Source: Candidatus Oxydemutator sp.
GTDB lineage: Bacteria; Pseudomonadota; Gammaproteobacteria; Poriferisulfidales; Oxydemutatoraceae
DNA length: 64,000 bases
Assembly: GCA_965203445.1 (NCBI GenBank)
Contig: OZ241883.1
Location: 1,120,001 to 1,184,000, forward strand
Direction of reading: 5' to 3'
The notes under the pieces were generated by a model. The model did no database searches. It had not been told where the DNA came from and worked only from the letters and a program-made list of their open reading frames with translations. This document shows, piece after piece, positions 18,455 to 28,122 of this stretch (the first letter of the stretch is position 1; each line of letters begins with the position of its first letter). The position numbers were made by a program, and so were the translations under genes.

Positions 18455-18862
18455 ATGAAAAGAAAAAGCGCGCAAAGAAAAACAAAAGCTCAGCGCGGAT
18501 TTACGCTGATAGAAATCATGGTCGTCGTCGTCATCCTCGGCATTCTGGCGGCCCTGGTGGTGCCCTCGATCATGGAACGCCCCGACATGGCGCGCCAGGT
18601 GCGGGCCAAGCAGGACGTGCGCACGCTGACCAACGCGATCAACATGTATCGCCTCGATCACTTTAACTATCCCACGACGCTGCAGGACCTCGTCGCCGGC
18701 AATTACCTCGACAAGCTGCCGCAGGATCCGTGGGGCAAAGACTACCAGTACCGCAGCCCCGGTTCGCACGGCCGCTTCGACATCTACAGCTACGGCATGG
18801 ACGGACTGGATGGCGGCAACGGACTCGATCAGGACATCGGCAACTGGAACCTGGATGGGTAG
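18455..18862 (+). CDS. gspG: T2SS major pseudopilin
   Basis: QRGFTLIEIMVVVVILGILAALVVP, LPQDPWGKDYQY, DIGNW. Confidence 0.95.
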   Translation: MKRKSAQRKTKAQRGFTLIEIMVVVVILGILAALVVPSIMERPDMARQVRAKQDVRTLTNAINMYRLDHFNYPTTLQDLVAGNYLDKLPQDPWGKDYQYRSPGSHGRFDIYSYGMDGLDGGNGLDQDIGNWNLDG

Positions 18863-19463
18863 AGCCGTTCGTTTCGCAGGCGCGCCTTCACCCGCCCCGT
18901 CGTCCGGTTTTACCCTGATCGAAATCATCGTCGTCACCGTGATCATCGCGGTGGTCGTGTCCGCGACGCTGCTGTCGGTGTCGGTGGGCGAGCGCGGACG
19001 GGCGCAGGAGACCAGCCGCCGCATCGTCAGCCTGATGAACAATCTGTCCGCCGAGGCTATTTTGACTGGCGTGGCGCACGGCTTGCGCTGGGACCCCGGC
19101 GCGCGCCGCCTGGCCGCGGTGCGTTTGCCCGCGACGTCGTGGCAACCGGCCGCGCGTTTCGGCGATATAAACGTGCCGAACAACTGGAGTCTGCGGCTGT
19201 CGTTGGGCGGCCTCGACGAGGGCGTGGATCTGGCGGATCTCGGCGGCGACGAACCCGCCGCCGGTTTCGACGATGACGAGGAAGAGGCGGAGGCCGCCAG
19301 GCGCGTCGCGGTCGAACCCTGGGTGCAGTTTCAGCCGACCGGCCTGTGGCAGCCCGGTGGGATTTTGCAGATCTTCGTCGACCAGGAGCGTCAGGCGACG
19401 TTCGGCTGGAGCGCCACCGGGCGCATCGCCTTCGGCAGGCGCGTCGAGGAGGAACCGCCGTGA
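18855..19463 (+). CDS. gspH: T2SS minor pseudopilin H
   Basis: GFTLIEIIVV prepilin motif; gene order. Confidence 0.85.
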   Translation: MGRAVRFAGAPSPAPSSGFTLIEIIVVTVIIAVVVSATLLSVSVGERGRAQETSRRIVSLMNNLSAEAILTGVAHGLRWDPGARRLAAVRLPATSWQPAARFGDINVPNNWSLRLSLGGLDEGVDLADLGGDEPAAGFDDDEEEAEAARRVAVEPWVQFQPTGLWQPGGILQIFVDQERQATFGWSATGRIAFGRRVEEEPP

Positions 19464-19897
19464 CGCGACACCGCGCCCGCGCCGACAGCGCCGCCGGCTT
19501 CACGTTGATCGAGGTGCTGATCGCGGTCGCCGTGCTGGCGATTGCGCTCGGCGCCTCGCTGGACGCGCTCAACGTTTTTTCCGACACGCAGGTGCGGCTG
19601 CGCGAGCGCTATCTTGGGCACCTGACCGCGTGGAACGTGATGACCGATTACCGCAATGAACGGCTGCAAGCGCCCGCGGCCGACGGATTTGCGTCATTGA
19701 GCACCGAAGGTTCGGAAGAGCAGGGCGGTTCCATCTGGCAGTGGTCTTTGCAGAGGAGGGAACGGCGTGAAGAGGACGCCGAGGAGGCGCCGGCGGAGCG
19801 CGTCGCGATCGTCGTCGTCGACGTCTATTCGCCGGCGATGGCCGCGCGACGCGATAGCCCGCCGTCGGCGACGCTGCAAGCGATCTTCGGCCAATGA
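19460..19897 (+). CDS. gspI: T2SS minor pseudopilin I
   Basis: GFTLIEVLIAVAVLAIAL; gene order. Confidence 0.85.
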   Translation: MTRHRARADSAAGFTLIEVLIAVAVLAIALGASLDALNVFSDTQVRLRERYLGHLTAWNVMTDYRNERLQAPAADGFASLSTEGSEEQGGSIWQWSLQRRERREEDAEEAPAERVAIVVVDVYSPAMAARRDSPPSATLQAIFGQ

Positions 19898-20562
19898 ACC
19901 TTGGTGCGCGCGCCGGCGCCCGCGGCTTCACGCTGCTGGAGGTGCTGATCGCGATGTCCATTTTCGCGTTGATCTCGGCGATGGCCTTCCAGGGCCTGCA
20001 AACCTCGATGACGATGCAGGAGAAGGTCGAGGCCACCGCCACCGAGCTGAGCGACGTGCAGCTGGTAATGACGCTGATGTTGGACGACTTCATGAACGTC
20101 GTGCGCCGGCCGGTGCGCGCCGCTTTTGGCAGCGACCGTCTGCCGGCCTTCGACGACGAGGCGCCGCTGGTGGGCGGCAGCGAGGACGTCTATGCCTGCG
20201 AGGCGGTGTTCACGCGCGCCGGCCTGCCGCCGGGACGGCTGCTGCGCGCCGGCTTGCAGCGCGTCGCCTGGTGCACCGACGGTAGCAACCGGCTTTATCG
20301 TCTGTCGTGGCCGGTGCTCGACCTCGCGCAGGACAGCCTGCCGGTCGAGAGCCTGCTGCTCGAAAACGTGATTCTGTTCGATATACAACTCGAGTGGCGG
20401 CGCGACAACTACGGCAGGGAGACCGCGGCGTGGCTTGAAATGCTGCCGCAATCCATCGAGGTCACGCTCGAGGTCGAGCGCGGCGACGCCGGCGAAAGCG
20501 TGTCCTTCGTGCGCCGTTTCCCGGGCCTGCAGGACGTCTACCCGTGGCTCGAGGAGCGGTGA
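19894..20562 (+). CDS. gspJ: T2SS minor pseudopilin J
   Basis: GFTLLEVLIAMSIFA, LYRLSWPVLD, LPQSIEVTL. Confidence 0.9.
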   Translation: MNLGARAGARGFTLLEVLIAMSIFALISAMAFQGLQTSMTMQEKVEATATELSDVQLVMTLMLDDFMNVVRRPVRAAFGSDRLPAFDDEAPLVGGSEDVYACEAVFTRAGLPPGRLLRAGLQRVAWCTDGSNRLYRLSWPVLDLAQDSLPVESLLLENVILFDIQLEWRRDNYGRETAAWLEMLPQSIEVTLEVERGDAGESVSFVRRFPGLQDVYPWLEER

Positions 20563-21824
20563 CGGAGGCGCGCGGCGTCGCGCTTCTGAGCGTGATGATC
20601 GTCGTCGCCTCGGTGTCGGCCACCGCCTCGTGGCTGCTCTACAGCCAGAACCTCGACATCGAGCGCACCTCGCGCATCCTGAAGAAGGAGCAGGCCGTGC
20701 TGCTGGCGCTGACCGTCGAGTCGCGCGCGCTCATCGCGCTGCAACGGGATCGCGTCAGCGACGGCGACTCCGCCGTGGACTACTACGCGAGCAGCGGGGA
20801 GGATGAGGACGTCGCCGCCGATGAGAACGCCGCCGCCGATGGGGACGGCGACGAAGAATCCTGGTCCAGGCCCTGGCACGTCTCGGCCGACGTGCCGCCC
20901 CTGGAGTCGCTCGGCGACGCGCGCGTCTCGACGTGCATCTACGACCTGCACGGTTTGTTGAACGTCAACAACCTGCGCGCTGCAAGCCGTCTGAAGTCCG
21001 TGCCTGAAAATGAGAACAGGCACGACGCGAGGAATCCCGCGCACCCCGGCCAGTGGCACGCGCGGCGTTTCAGAAAGTTTCTCGAGAAGTTCGCCGCCAC
21101 CGTTCCCGTTACCGAAGAGGGAAGCGCGCCCGACGTCAACGTGCTGATGGACTCGCTCGGCGATTGGCTCGACGGCGACGACGACTTCCGCACCAGCGGC
21201 GCCGAGGACGCCGAGTATTCGCTGAAGAAGTTCGGCTACCACGCCGCCAACGCGGCCATGGTGTCGCCGCGCGAACTGCACTGGGTCAAGGGTTTCGAGG
21301 ACCTGCCGCCGGCGTCGCTGGCGTCGTTGCAAAGCCAGCTGGTGGCGCTGCCGGCGCGCATCGTCGGCAGGAGCAGCAAGATCAACGTCAACACCGCGAC
21401 CGAGGAGGTGCTAGAGACGCTGCCTTACTTCGAGGCCGAGAGCGCGCGCAAATTGAGGGAGCGCGTGCGCGACGAACCGCTTACCGCGCAAAACGAGATC
21501 GCCCAGGTGATACGCCCGCTGCTGTCGCCGCGCGAGGATCAGCAGCCGCATTTGCTGGACTGGGTGGACGAGTATCTGACGGTGCAGAGCCGCTTCTTCG
21601 GTCTCGTCGTGGCGGTGCGTTTCAGCGGCGTGGAGCTTACGATCAACAGCCTGCTCTACCGGGACAACACCGACCGACCGTACCGCGTCTACGTGTTGCA
21701 ACGGTATTTCGGCGGCAACCCCCACGCCGAGCTCGACGTGTTCGACGGCGGGCGCTGCGTCGTCGGTGCCGGCAAGGGCGTGGACGACGATGCAAACGCG
21801 ACGGACGACGAAACGATTTTTTGA
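20559..21824 (+). CDS. gspK: T2SS minor pseudopilin K
   Basis: RGVALLSV, LNVNNL, DWLDGDD...GAED, KINVNTA. Confidence 0.9.
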   Translation: MTEARGVALLSVMIVVASVSATASWLLYSQNLDIERTSRILKKEQAVLLALTVESRALIALQRDRVSDGDSAVDYYASSGEDEDVAADENAAADGDGDEESWSRPWHVSADVPPLESLGDARVSTCIYDLHGLLNVNNLRAASRLKSVPENENRHDARNPAHPGQWHARRFRKFLEKFAATVPVTEEGSAPDVNVLMDSLGDWLDGDDDFRTSGAEDAEYSLKKFGYHAANAAMVSPRELHWVKGFEDLPPASLASLQSQLVALPARIVGRSSKINVNTATEEVLETLPYFEAESARKLRERVRDEPLTAQNEIAQVIRPLLSPREDQQPHLLDWVDEYLTVQSRFFGLVVAVRFSGVELTINSLLYRDNTDRPYRVYVLQRYFGGNPHAELDVFDGGRCVVGAGKGVDDDANATDDETIF

Positions 21825-21890
21825 AACCGGAGCGGCGCGCCACCATCCGCCGCGCGGCGCGGATATGGTATTCTGCATCAAGCACCGCGC

Positions 21891-23000
21891 GTGACCATGT
21901 GGAAAATTACCCCCGACTCGCAACTGATCGAGCTGCCCGTCGCCGAGGGCGCGCGCGCGGGTCGCGGCGTCGTCTGGGTGCCGACCGAGGTGCTGGTCTT
22001 CGCGTGCCCGAAGCTGCCGCCGGGGCGCAGGAAGTTGTGGCGTCAAACGGCGCCGTTCGCGCTCGAGGAAGAGCTGATCGAATCAATAGAGGCGCTGCAT
22101 TTCGCGCTGGGCCCGCCGCGCGAGGAGGGGGTGCCGGTGGTCGTGGTGTCGCGCCGGCGCATGGACGAATGGCTGCGGTTGTTGAGCGCCGAAGGCGTCA
22201 AGCCGCGCGCGATGCTGCCCGACGTGTACGCGCTGCCGTGGGCCGACGAACGGCGCGTGGTTTGGCACGAGGGGGAGCGCTGCATCTACCGCGCCGCCGA
22301 ACACGCCGGCTTTGCCGGCGGCGTCGAATGGATCGCGTCGCTGGCCGCGTTGCAGGACCGCAGCGGGGCTTTCGACGTCTATGGTGGCGACCCCGGGGCG
22401 CTGCCCGAGGCGTGGCGCGATAGTTTGCGCCCGCCGCTGGCACCGCTCGACCAGATGATGGTGCGCGCCGACGCCGGCGGCGCTATTGACCTGTTGCAGG
22501 GGGAATACTCGGTCAAGAGCGGTGCCGCCGCGTGGCTGCGTCCGTGGCGTTGGGCCGCGGCGCTGGCGCTGATGCTGTTCGGTTCGCACCTGGCCACGCT
22601 GGTCATAGAGACGCGCTGGTTCGACGCCCGCGCCGGCCAATTCCGTGCCGACAGCGCGCGTTTGTTCGAGTCGTTGCGAATAGACGGCGAACTGATCAAC
22701 TTGCGCGCGCAGGTCGAGCGCCGCCTGCTGCAACTTGAGGAGCACCGCACCAAGAGCGACGACAACGCGTGGAAGCTGGTGGCGGCGCTCGAGAAGTCGC
22801 TGTCCGAATGCAAAAGCTGCCGCGTGGATATGCTGGACTTCAGGCAGCAGGAGATACTGCTCGAAGTGAGCCTCGCCGGCAACCCGCAGCAACTCAAGCG
22901 CGTGCTCGAACAACTGCCGGGCGGCGTCGCCGCCCACCAGGATCTGCCCCCCGACAAGGGGCGCACGCGCCTGCGTTTCCGGATAAGGCCGCGCCAGTGA
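21891..23000 (+). CDS. gspL: T2SS protein L
   Basis: PFALEEELIESIEALHFA, PDVYALP, DLLQGEY followed by a TM segment. Confidence 0.88.
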   Translation: MTMWKITPDSQLIELPVAEGARAGRGVVWVPTEVLVFACPKLPPGRRKLWRQTAPFALEEELIESIEALHFALGPPREEGVPVVVVSRRRMDEWLRLLSAEGVKPRAMLPDVYALPWADERRVVWHEGERCIYRAAEHAGFAGGVEWIASLAALQDRSGAFDVYGGDPGALPEAWRDSLRPPLAPLDQMMVRADAGGAIDLLQGEYSVKSGAAAWLRPWRWAAALALMLFGSHLATLVIETRWFDARAGQFRADSARLFESLRIDGELINLRAQVERRLLQLEEHRTKSDDNAWKLVAALEKSLSECKSCRVDMLDFRQQEILLEVSLAGNPQQLKRVLEQLPGGVAAHQDLPPDKGRTRLRFRIRPRQ

Positions 23001-23497
23001 AGCCGCTGCGCCAGATCGCCGACGCCTGGGGGCAGCGCAGCGGGCGCGAACGCGCGATGCTCGCCGGCGCCGTGGCGTTCGCCGTGGCGTTCGCCGCCTA
23101 CAGCCTGTTCTACCGCCCGCTGCTCGAGCGCCACGAGCGCGCGTCCGAGCTGTTCGCCGCCGCCGAGGGCGACCACCTGTGGCTGCAAAGCCGGGCGCAA
23201 ACAATCATCGGCCTGCAATCGTCGGTGCGCGGCGCGCGCCTGGCCGGCACCGCGTCCGGAAAACTGCGCGAGATTCTTGCCGAGAGCCTTGAGAAAAGCG
23301 GCTTGCAGGGGAAACTCGGCGTCGTTGATCAGGAAGAGGGCACGAAGCAGATAGAAATACAGTTTTCCCCCGCCGCCGGCAAGGACGTCATGCGCTGGAT
23401 CGAACGGCGCGTTGATGACGGCCACCTGTTGCAGCGTTTGCGCGTAGAGACCGGCGCCGGAGGGCAGGTGTCGGCTACGGCTTACTTCGAAGGGTAG
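22997..23497 (+). CDS. gspM: T2SS protein M
   Basis: W..RSGRERAML plus TM segment; gene order. Confidence 0.8.
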   Translation: MKPLRQIADAWGQRSGRERAMLAGAVAFAVAFAAYSLFYRPLLERHERASELFAAAEGDHLWLQSRAQTIIGLQSSVRGARLAGTASGKLREILAESLEKSGLQGKLGVVDQEEGTKQIEIQFSPAAGKDVMRWIERRVDDGHLLQRLRVETGAGGQVSATAYFEG

Positions 23498-23502
23498 GCG
23501 CG

Positions 23503-24246
23503 GTGGTCTGGCTCAGGCGTTTCTTTTATCTGCTGCTGGGCGTGCTGGTCCTGGCCGCGTGCGTCGTGCTGACGATGCCGGTGCGGTTCGCGCTCGATCA
23601 CGCGGGCGCGCCGCCGGGTGTCTCGCTGGCGCACGTGCGCGGCAACCTGGTCGGGGGGCGCGCCGGCCTGCTGTTCAATCCGCCGCCTGGTCTGCCGGCG
23701 CGCGCCGACGTCGGTTGGCGCTGGTGTCCCGGCCTCAATCCGATAGTCTGGTGCCTGGAGGTCGAGGCGCCGCCGGTGCGCGGCAAAGTCGTGGCCGCGT
23801 GGTCGCCGCCGCGCGCGTTGCGGCTGAGCGAAGGCGTGCTCGAGGCGCGGCTTGAGCGCCGCCCGTTGCCGCTCGGCAAGATCACGCTGCCGCTTAGCGC
23901 GAATCTGCGGCTCGCGTTGGACGAGGCGCGCTTTGCCCTCGGTGGCTGGTTGCCGCAATCGTTGCGCGCGCGCGCCGTGGTCGAGGACGTTGCGACCGAC
24001 CTGTTCAGCGCCGGCGATTTCCAGGCCGATCTGGCCTCCGATGAAAACGGCGGGCTTGGCGCGCGCGTGCGCGGCGGCGGTGAACTGTTCCGAGTGAACG
24101 GCGACGCGGCGCTCGCCGCCGACCTCGGCTACCGCTACCAGTTGGACGTCGACACCGACAACGACCTGGTGCGCGATTTTCTGGCGCAGCGGGGCAAGGC
24201 GAACGACAAGGGCGGCTACCGGCTGAGCGGCGACGGCGGGTTTTGA
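23503..24246 (+). CDS. gspN: T2SS protein N-like
   Basis: N-terminal TM, TMPV...VRGNLVGG motif; position after gspM. Confidence 0.7.
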   Translation: MVWLRRFFYLLLGVLVLAACVVLTMPVRFALDHAGAPPGVSLAHVRGNLVGGRAGLLFNPPPGLPARADVGWRWCPGLNPIVWCLEVEAPPVRGKVVAAWSPPRALRLSEGVLEARLERRPLPLGKITLPLSANLRLALDEARFALGGWLPQSLRARAVVEDVATDLFSAGDFQADLASDENGGLGARVRGGGELFRVNGDAALAADLGYRYQLDVDTDNDLVRDFLAQRGKANDKGGYRLSGDGGF

Positions 24247-24264
24247 GCCTGCTATAATGAGAGG

Positions 24265-24675
24265 ATGACGAAGTTGCAGAAAACGGTGGGCGATCTGATG
24301 GCCGAGGCGCTCGCGAACGTCGACACGCTGGAAGTCGCCGAGGCGCGTGCGCTGCACGGCGAGGACGGCGTGCAGTTCATAGACGTCCGCGATTTGCACG
24401 AGTTGACCGAGAGCGGCACCATCCCGGGCGCGGCGCACGCGCCGCGCGGCATGCTCGAATTTTTGGCCGATCCGGCCAGTCCCTACCACGACAAGGTATT
24501 CGCGCAGGACAAAAAGTTCGTCTTGTTCTGTGCCGGCGGCGGGCGCTCGTCGCTGGCGGCGTGGCGGCTTAAGGAGATGGGCCTCGAAAACGTGTGCCAC
24601 GTCGCCGGCGGCTTCAAGGCGTGGCGCGAGGCCGGCGCCGACGTGGCCGCCTACCGCGCAGGCTCCTCCGGATAG
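24265..24675 (+). CDS. Rhodanese-like domain protein
   Basis: IDVRD...GTIPGAAHAPRGMLEF, FCAGGGRSSLA, GGFKAW. Confidence 0.92.
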   Translation: MTKLQKTVGDLMAEALANVDTLEVAEARALHGEDGVQFIDVRDLHELTESGTIPGAAHAPRGMLEFLADPASPYHDKVFAQDKKFVLFCAGGGRSSLAAWRLKEMGLENVCHVAGGFKAWREAGADVAAYRAGSSG

Positions 24676-24692
24676 AACGCGCCGCGAATCTT

Positions 24693-25304
24693 TTGCGCCG
24701 GCTGTTTTCTGAGGCCGCGTTGGTCTTCGGGGTCGCGGCGGCGGCGGCGGTCGCCTCGTCGGAGGCGTTGCGGGAGCCGATGCTGTTCAACGCCGCGTTG
24801 GTCGGCGCGGGTGAATGGTGGCGGGTGTTGACCGGTAATTTCGCCCACCTGAACGGGCGCCACTTGGCGCTCGACTTGCTTGCCTGGCTGTTGATTTTTC
24901 TTATCGGGCGCGCGTGGATGGGCGTCGCCGCCTGGATTTTTTATCTCGTCGTCGGCTGTTTGGCGGTATCCGCCTGCCTGTACTGGTTCGCTCCCGAGAA
25001 CGCGTTTTTCGGCGGATTGTCGGGCGCGTTGCACGGTCTTTTCGCGGTGATCGCGTTGCAGCAGCTGCGCGACGGCGAACGCCTGGGGCTTGTGCTGCTG
25101 GCGTTGCTCGCGGCCAAGCTGGCGTACGAGGGATACTACGGAAGCACCGTCGGCACCTCGGCGTTTATCGGCGTGCCGGTGGCCGCCGAGACTCATCTTT
25201 ATGGCGTGGCCGGCGCCGTCCTGTTCTTTTTGCTGGCGCGTCTGCCCGCCTGGCTGAAGGGAGGGGGAAGCGGCCGCCCGGGCCGCGGCCTCGGAGCGGC
25301 ATAG
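24693..25304 (+). CDS. Rhombosortase (rhomboid serine protease; start approximate)
   Basis: GEWWRVLTGNFAHLNGRHL, GLSGALHG, KLAYE, VAAETHLYG; adjacent to the T2SS cluster. Confidence 0.82.
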   Translation: MRRLFSEAALVFGVAAAAAVASSEALREPMLFNAALVGAGEWWRVLTGNFAHLNGRHLALDLLAWLLIFLIGRAWMGVAAWIFYLVVGCLAVSACLYWFAPENAFFGGLSGALHGLFAVIALQQLRDGERLGLVLLALLAAKLAYEGYYGSTVGTSAFIGVPVAAETHLYGVAGAVLFFLLARLPAWLKGGGSGRPGRGLGAA

Positions 25305-25307
25305 TGT

Positions 25308-25340
25308 AAAAAGCCCGGCCACGAGAAACGTGGCCGGGCT
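25308..25340 (-). terminator. Terminator between convergent genes
   Basis: 12-bp stem AGCCCGGCCACG/CGTGGCCGGGCT with a T-run on the minus strand. Confidence 0.75.
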
Positions 25341-25363
25341 GCAAAGTCCGTCAGTGCGGGGAC

Positions 25364-25720
25364 TTATATCTTCTTTTTGGCGGTGCGCCTCTTCTTGGTG
25401 GTGCGTTTTTTCTTGGGCGCCGCTCTTTTTTTCTTGACGGTACGTTTTTTCTTGGGCGCCGCTCTTTTTTTCTTGACGGTGCGTTTTTTCTTGGGCGCCG
25501 CTCTTTTTTTCTTGACGGCGCGTTTTTTCTTGGGTGCCGCTCTTTTTTTCTTGACGGTGCGTTTTTTCTTGGGTGCCGCCTTCTTGCGCACGGTGCGCTT
25601 CTTACGCGTGGCTTTGCGCTTCGGCGCCGCCCGCTTCACGGCACGTTTTTTTGCCGGTCTGCGTTTGACCGCGGACTTCTTTTTGACAAGTCGCTTTTTG
25701 GTGCGTCTTTTAATGGCCAT
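25364..25720 (-). CDS. Histone H1-like (Hc2/AlgP-like) basic DNA-binding protein
   Basis: MAIKRRTKKR... with tandem KKKRAAPKKKRTV repeats (39-bp units); strong RBS AAGGAGG. Confidence 0.8.
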   Translation of the reverse strand: MAIKRRTKKRLVKKKSAVKRRPAKKRAVKRAAPKRKATRKKRTVRKKAAPKKKRTVKKKRAAPKKKRAVKKKRAAPKKKRTVKKKRAAPKKKRTVKKKRAAPKKKRTTKKRRTAKKKI

Positions 25721-25800
25721 CAATACCTCCTTGATAACGTTGTTGGTGATGGATCTGACGGGGCCGCCAAGACGCGGCGGCACACGTTCTTTTGAAAAGT

Positions 25801-25988
25801 GAGATAACTCCGTAGAAGTCGTCGTCCTCCGACGTCCTTTGACCATGAGGTCCAAGGAAGGGTCGGCCCGCCGTCTTCAGGCTTCTCATCCACGTGAGCA
25901 TGCGCACCGACGGCGGGAGTAACCCCTTTTTTCAAGAAGTACGGTAAAGGATTATTCAGGGGACTAACGAGTATCACAGAGTTATCTC
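25801..25988 (-). ncRNA. ssrS: 6S RNA
   Basis: Directly downstream of zapA; terminal stem GAGATAACTCTGT/ACGGAGTTATCTC; motifs GTCCCCTGA, GGTGCGCATGCTC, GAGAAGCCT and CCTTGGACC resemble gammaproteobacterial 6S RNA. Confidence 0.85.
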
Positions 25989-26300
25989 AAGACTTTTAGA
26001 ATCGTCGCGGCTGCGTCGGGGCGACGGGGGGCTTTGTCTGCTTTCGACGAGCCGCGTCAGGCGTTTGATTTTTTGTTCCAATTCGCGCCGTATGCTCAAT
26101 AGCCTGGCCGCGAGGTTAAGTGCCGTGATTGCTATGACTTTTTCGTTATCGGTAGTGGTGACGGCCTGCTTCATTTCGGCGGCCTGCTCGTTGAGATAAC
26201 GCGCCGCGTCGTGCACGGTTTTTTCCTCGTGCGGCGCGCAGGCTATCAGGTATTCCCTGCCCATGAGCTTGATCTCGACGTTCGCGTAATTTTCGCTCAT
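25974..26300 (-). CDS. zapA: Cell division protein ZapA
   Basis: IKLMGREYLIACAPHEE...AARYL...AITALNL. Confidence 0.9.
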   Translation of the reverse strand: MSENYANVEIKLMGREYLIACAPHEEKTVHDAARYLNEQAAEMKQAVTTTDNEKVIAITALNLAARLLSIRRELEQKIKRLTRLVESRQSPPSPRRSRDDSKSLEITL

Positions 26301-26319
26301 CGGTGAATCAGATTCGGCG

Positions 26320-26550
26320 TCAGGGTTTCTCGATCAGGCGCAGACGTTCGAGCAACGCCTCGATCTTGTGCTGCACACGTTGGTTGGCCTCGGTGAGAGC
26401 TCTGTTTGCAGAGACCAGGTTTTGGTGATCACGGCGCAGGGTTTCGTTTTCCTCGACCAGCTTGGCGTGCTCCGCGAGCAGCTTTTCCAGTCCTCGCTCG
26501 AGCTCGGCCAGCGAATCGAGTTTTTCATGAACAGTGTCAGACTGATTCAT
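26320..26550 (-). CDS. ZapB-like / TIGR02449 coiled-coil protein
   Basis: Short coiled coil ending KIEALLERLR, upstream of zapA. Confidence 0.75.
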   Translation of the reverse strand: MNQSDTVHEKLDSLAELERGLEKLLAEHAKLVEENETLRRDHQNLVSANRALTEANQRVQHKIEALLERLRLIEKP

Positions 26551-26805
26551 GGGCTGCAATGGTAGTATATTTTCTGCAATGGTCAAGTAATAAAAATAAA
26601 AAAATTTTTCCTCGATACGCTACACTCCGATCATCAAAACGGCGACGCTCGACCGCACGCCTCGAGGCCTCCGGACGAATCGGACGCGACGTCACCGTGC
26701 TTTTTGTAACATTATGAAATAAAATGAAAAAAGAACGCCGCGCGTGATCGCTGTACGATCGTGCTCGCAGTGGTATCGTAGCGTTCTCAGCGTTTGGAAA
26801 CCGGG

Positions 26806-28122
26806 ATGGAAGAAAAAAACATCGAACGCGCAAACGCCGAATTTCGGAAGCGTCGGCGTCGCCTCCTGCGTCAAATCGGGCGCGACGCCCTGTTGTGCCT
26901 GCGCGCCGCTCCCGGCAGAATCTACGCCGGCGACGTTCTCTATCCGTACCGCCAGCACAGTGATTTCGCGTATCTGACCGGTCTGTCGGAAGACGGGATG
27001 ATCGCGGTCTTCGCCCCCGCTTGCGAGCACGGCGACTACCTCCTCTTTTGCACGCCGAACGACGACGCGCGCGTGATCTGGGAAGGCAGGCGCGTTGGTC
27101 TGCGCGGCGCGGTGCGTGACCACGGCGTGGACCTCGCGCTGCCGTTGCAGGATTTTTCCGAATGGTTGCCGCGTTTGCTTGCCGGACGCCGGCGGCTTTA
27201 TTGCGACCTGGAGGACGCGGCGCACGTGGCTGATCTGGCCACCGCCTGCACCCGTGCGCGCGGCGCCGCGCGCGGCGCCGCGGCGCCGCGCGAATTGGTG
27301 GACGCCGGCGTGCCGTTGCACGAGATGCGGCTCAAGAAATCGCCGTTCGAGTTGCGCCTGATGCGCCGCGCCGTCGAAATTTCCGTCGCGGCGCACCGGC
27401 GCGCGTGGCGTTTTTGCCGTGCCGGCGCGTCCGAACGCGAAGTCGCCGCCGAGTTGCTGCATGAGTTTCACGCCAACGGCGCGGTGGCGGCGTACCCGCC
27501 GATAGTCGGCGGTGGTGCCAACGCCTGCGTGTTGCATTACACCGCCAACGAGGACCTTTTGAAAGACGGCGATCTGCTGCTGATAGACGCCGGTGCCGAA
27601 TACCAGCTGTACGCCGGCGACGTGACGCGCGTGATCCCGGTCAACGGACGTTTCCGCCCGGCGCAGCGCGAACTGTATGAGATGGTGCTCGAGGCGCAGC
27701 GCGAGGCGATAGCGCGCGCCGTCGTCGGCAACACCTGGGCCGAGGTCGACGCCGCGGCCGCGGCCTCGTTGACGCGCGCCCTCGCCGCCGCCGGTCTGCT
27801 GCGCGGGCGTCCGGACGTGCTGCTGAAGAAACGCGCCTACACGCGCTTTTACATGCACGGCATCGGCCATTGGCTGGGCCTGAACGTGCACGACGTCGGC
27901 GACTATCGGCGCGCCGGGCGCCCTCGCCGTTTCGAGCCGGGCATGGTGCTGACGATAGAGCCGGGTGTGTACGTGCGTCCGGCGCGCGACGTCGCAAGGC
28001 GCTGGTGGAACACCGGCATCCGCATCGAGGACGACGTATTGATCACCGCGCGCGGGCCGCAAGTGCTGAGCGCGGCGCTGCCGAAAGAGGCCGGGCAGAT
28101 CGAGGCGGCGATGGCGCGATGA
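26806..28122 (+). CDS. pepP: Xaa-Pro aminopeptidase
   Basis: YRQHSDFAYLTG, LIDAGAE...GDVTR, HGIGHWLGLNVHD, TIEPG, GIRIEDD. Confidence 0.95.
   Translation: MEEKNIERANAEFRKRRRRLLRQIGRDALLCLRAAPGRIYAGDVLYPYRQHSDFAYLTGLSEDGMIAVFAPACEHGDYLLFCTPNDDARVIWEGRRVGLRGAVRDHGVDLALPLQDFSEWLPRLLAGRRRLYCDLEDAAHVADLATACTRARGAARGAAAPRELVDAGVPLHEMRLKKSPFELRLMRRAVEISVAAHRRAWRFCRAGASEREVAAELLHEFHANGAVAAYPPIVGGGANACVLHYTANEDLLKDGDLLLIDAGAEYQLYAGDVTRVIPVNGRFRPAQRELYEMVLEAQREAIARAVVGNTWAEVDAAAAASLTRALAAAGLLRGRPDVLLKKRAYTRFYMHGIGHWLGLNVHDVGDYRRAGRPRRFEPGMVLTIEPGVYVRPARDVARRWWNTGIRIEDDVLITARGPQVLSAALPKEAGQIEAAMAR

Noticed and set aside
25390-25600. 39-bp tandem repeats as a CRISPR array, or the + strand Phe/Leu-rich ORF (25377-25802)
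   Set aside because: They are coding repeats of the histone-like gene on the minus strand, which has a strong RBS; the + ORF is its antisense shadow.
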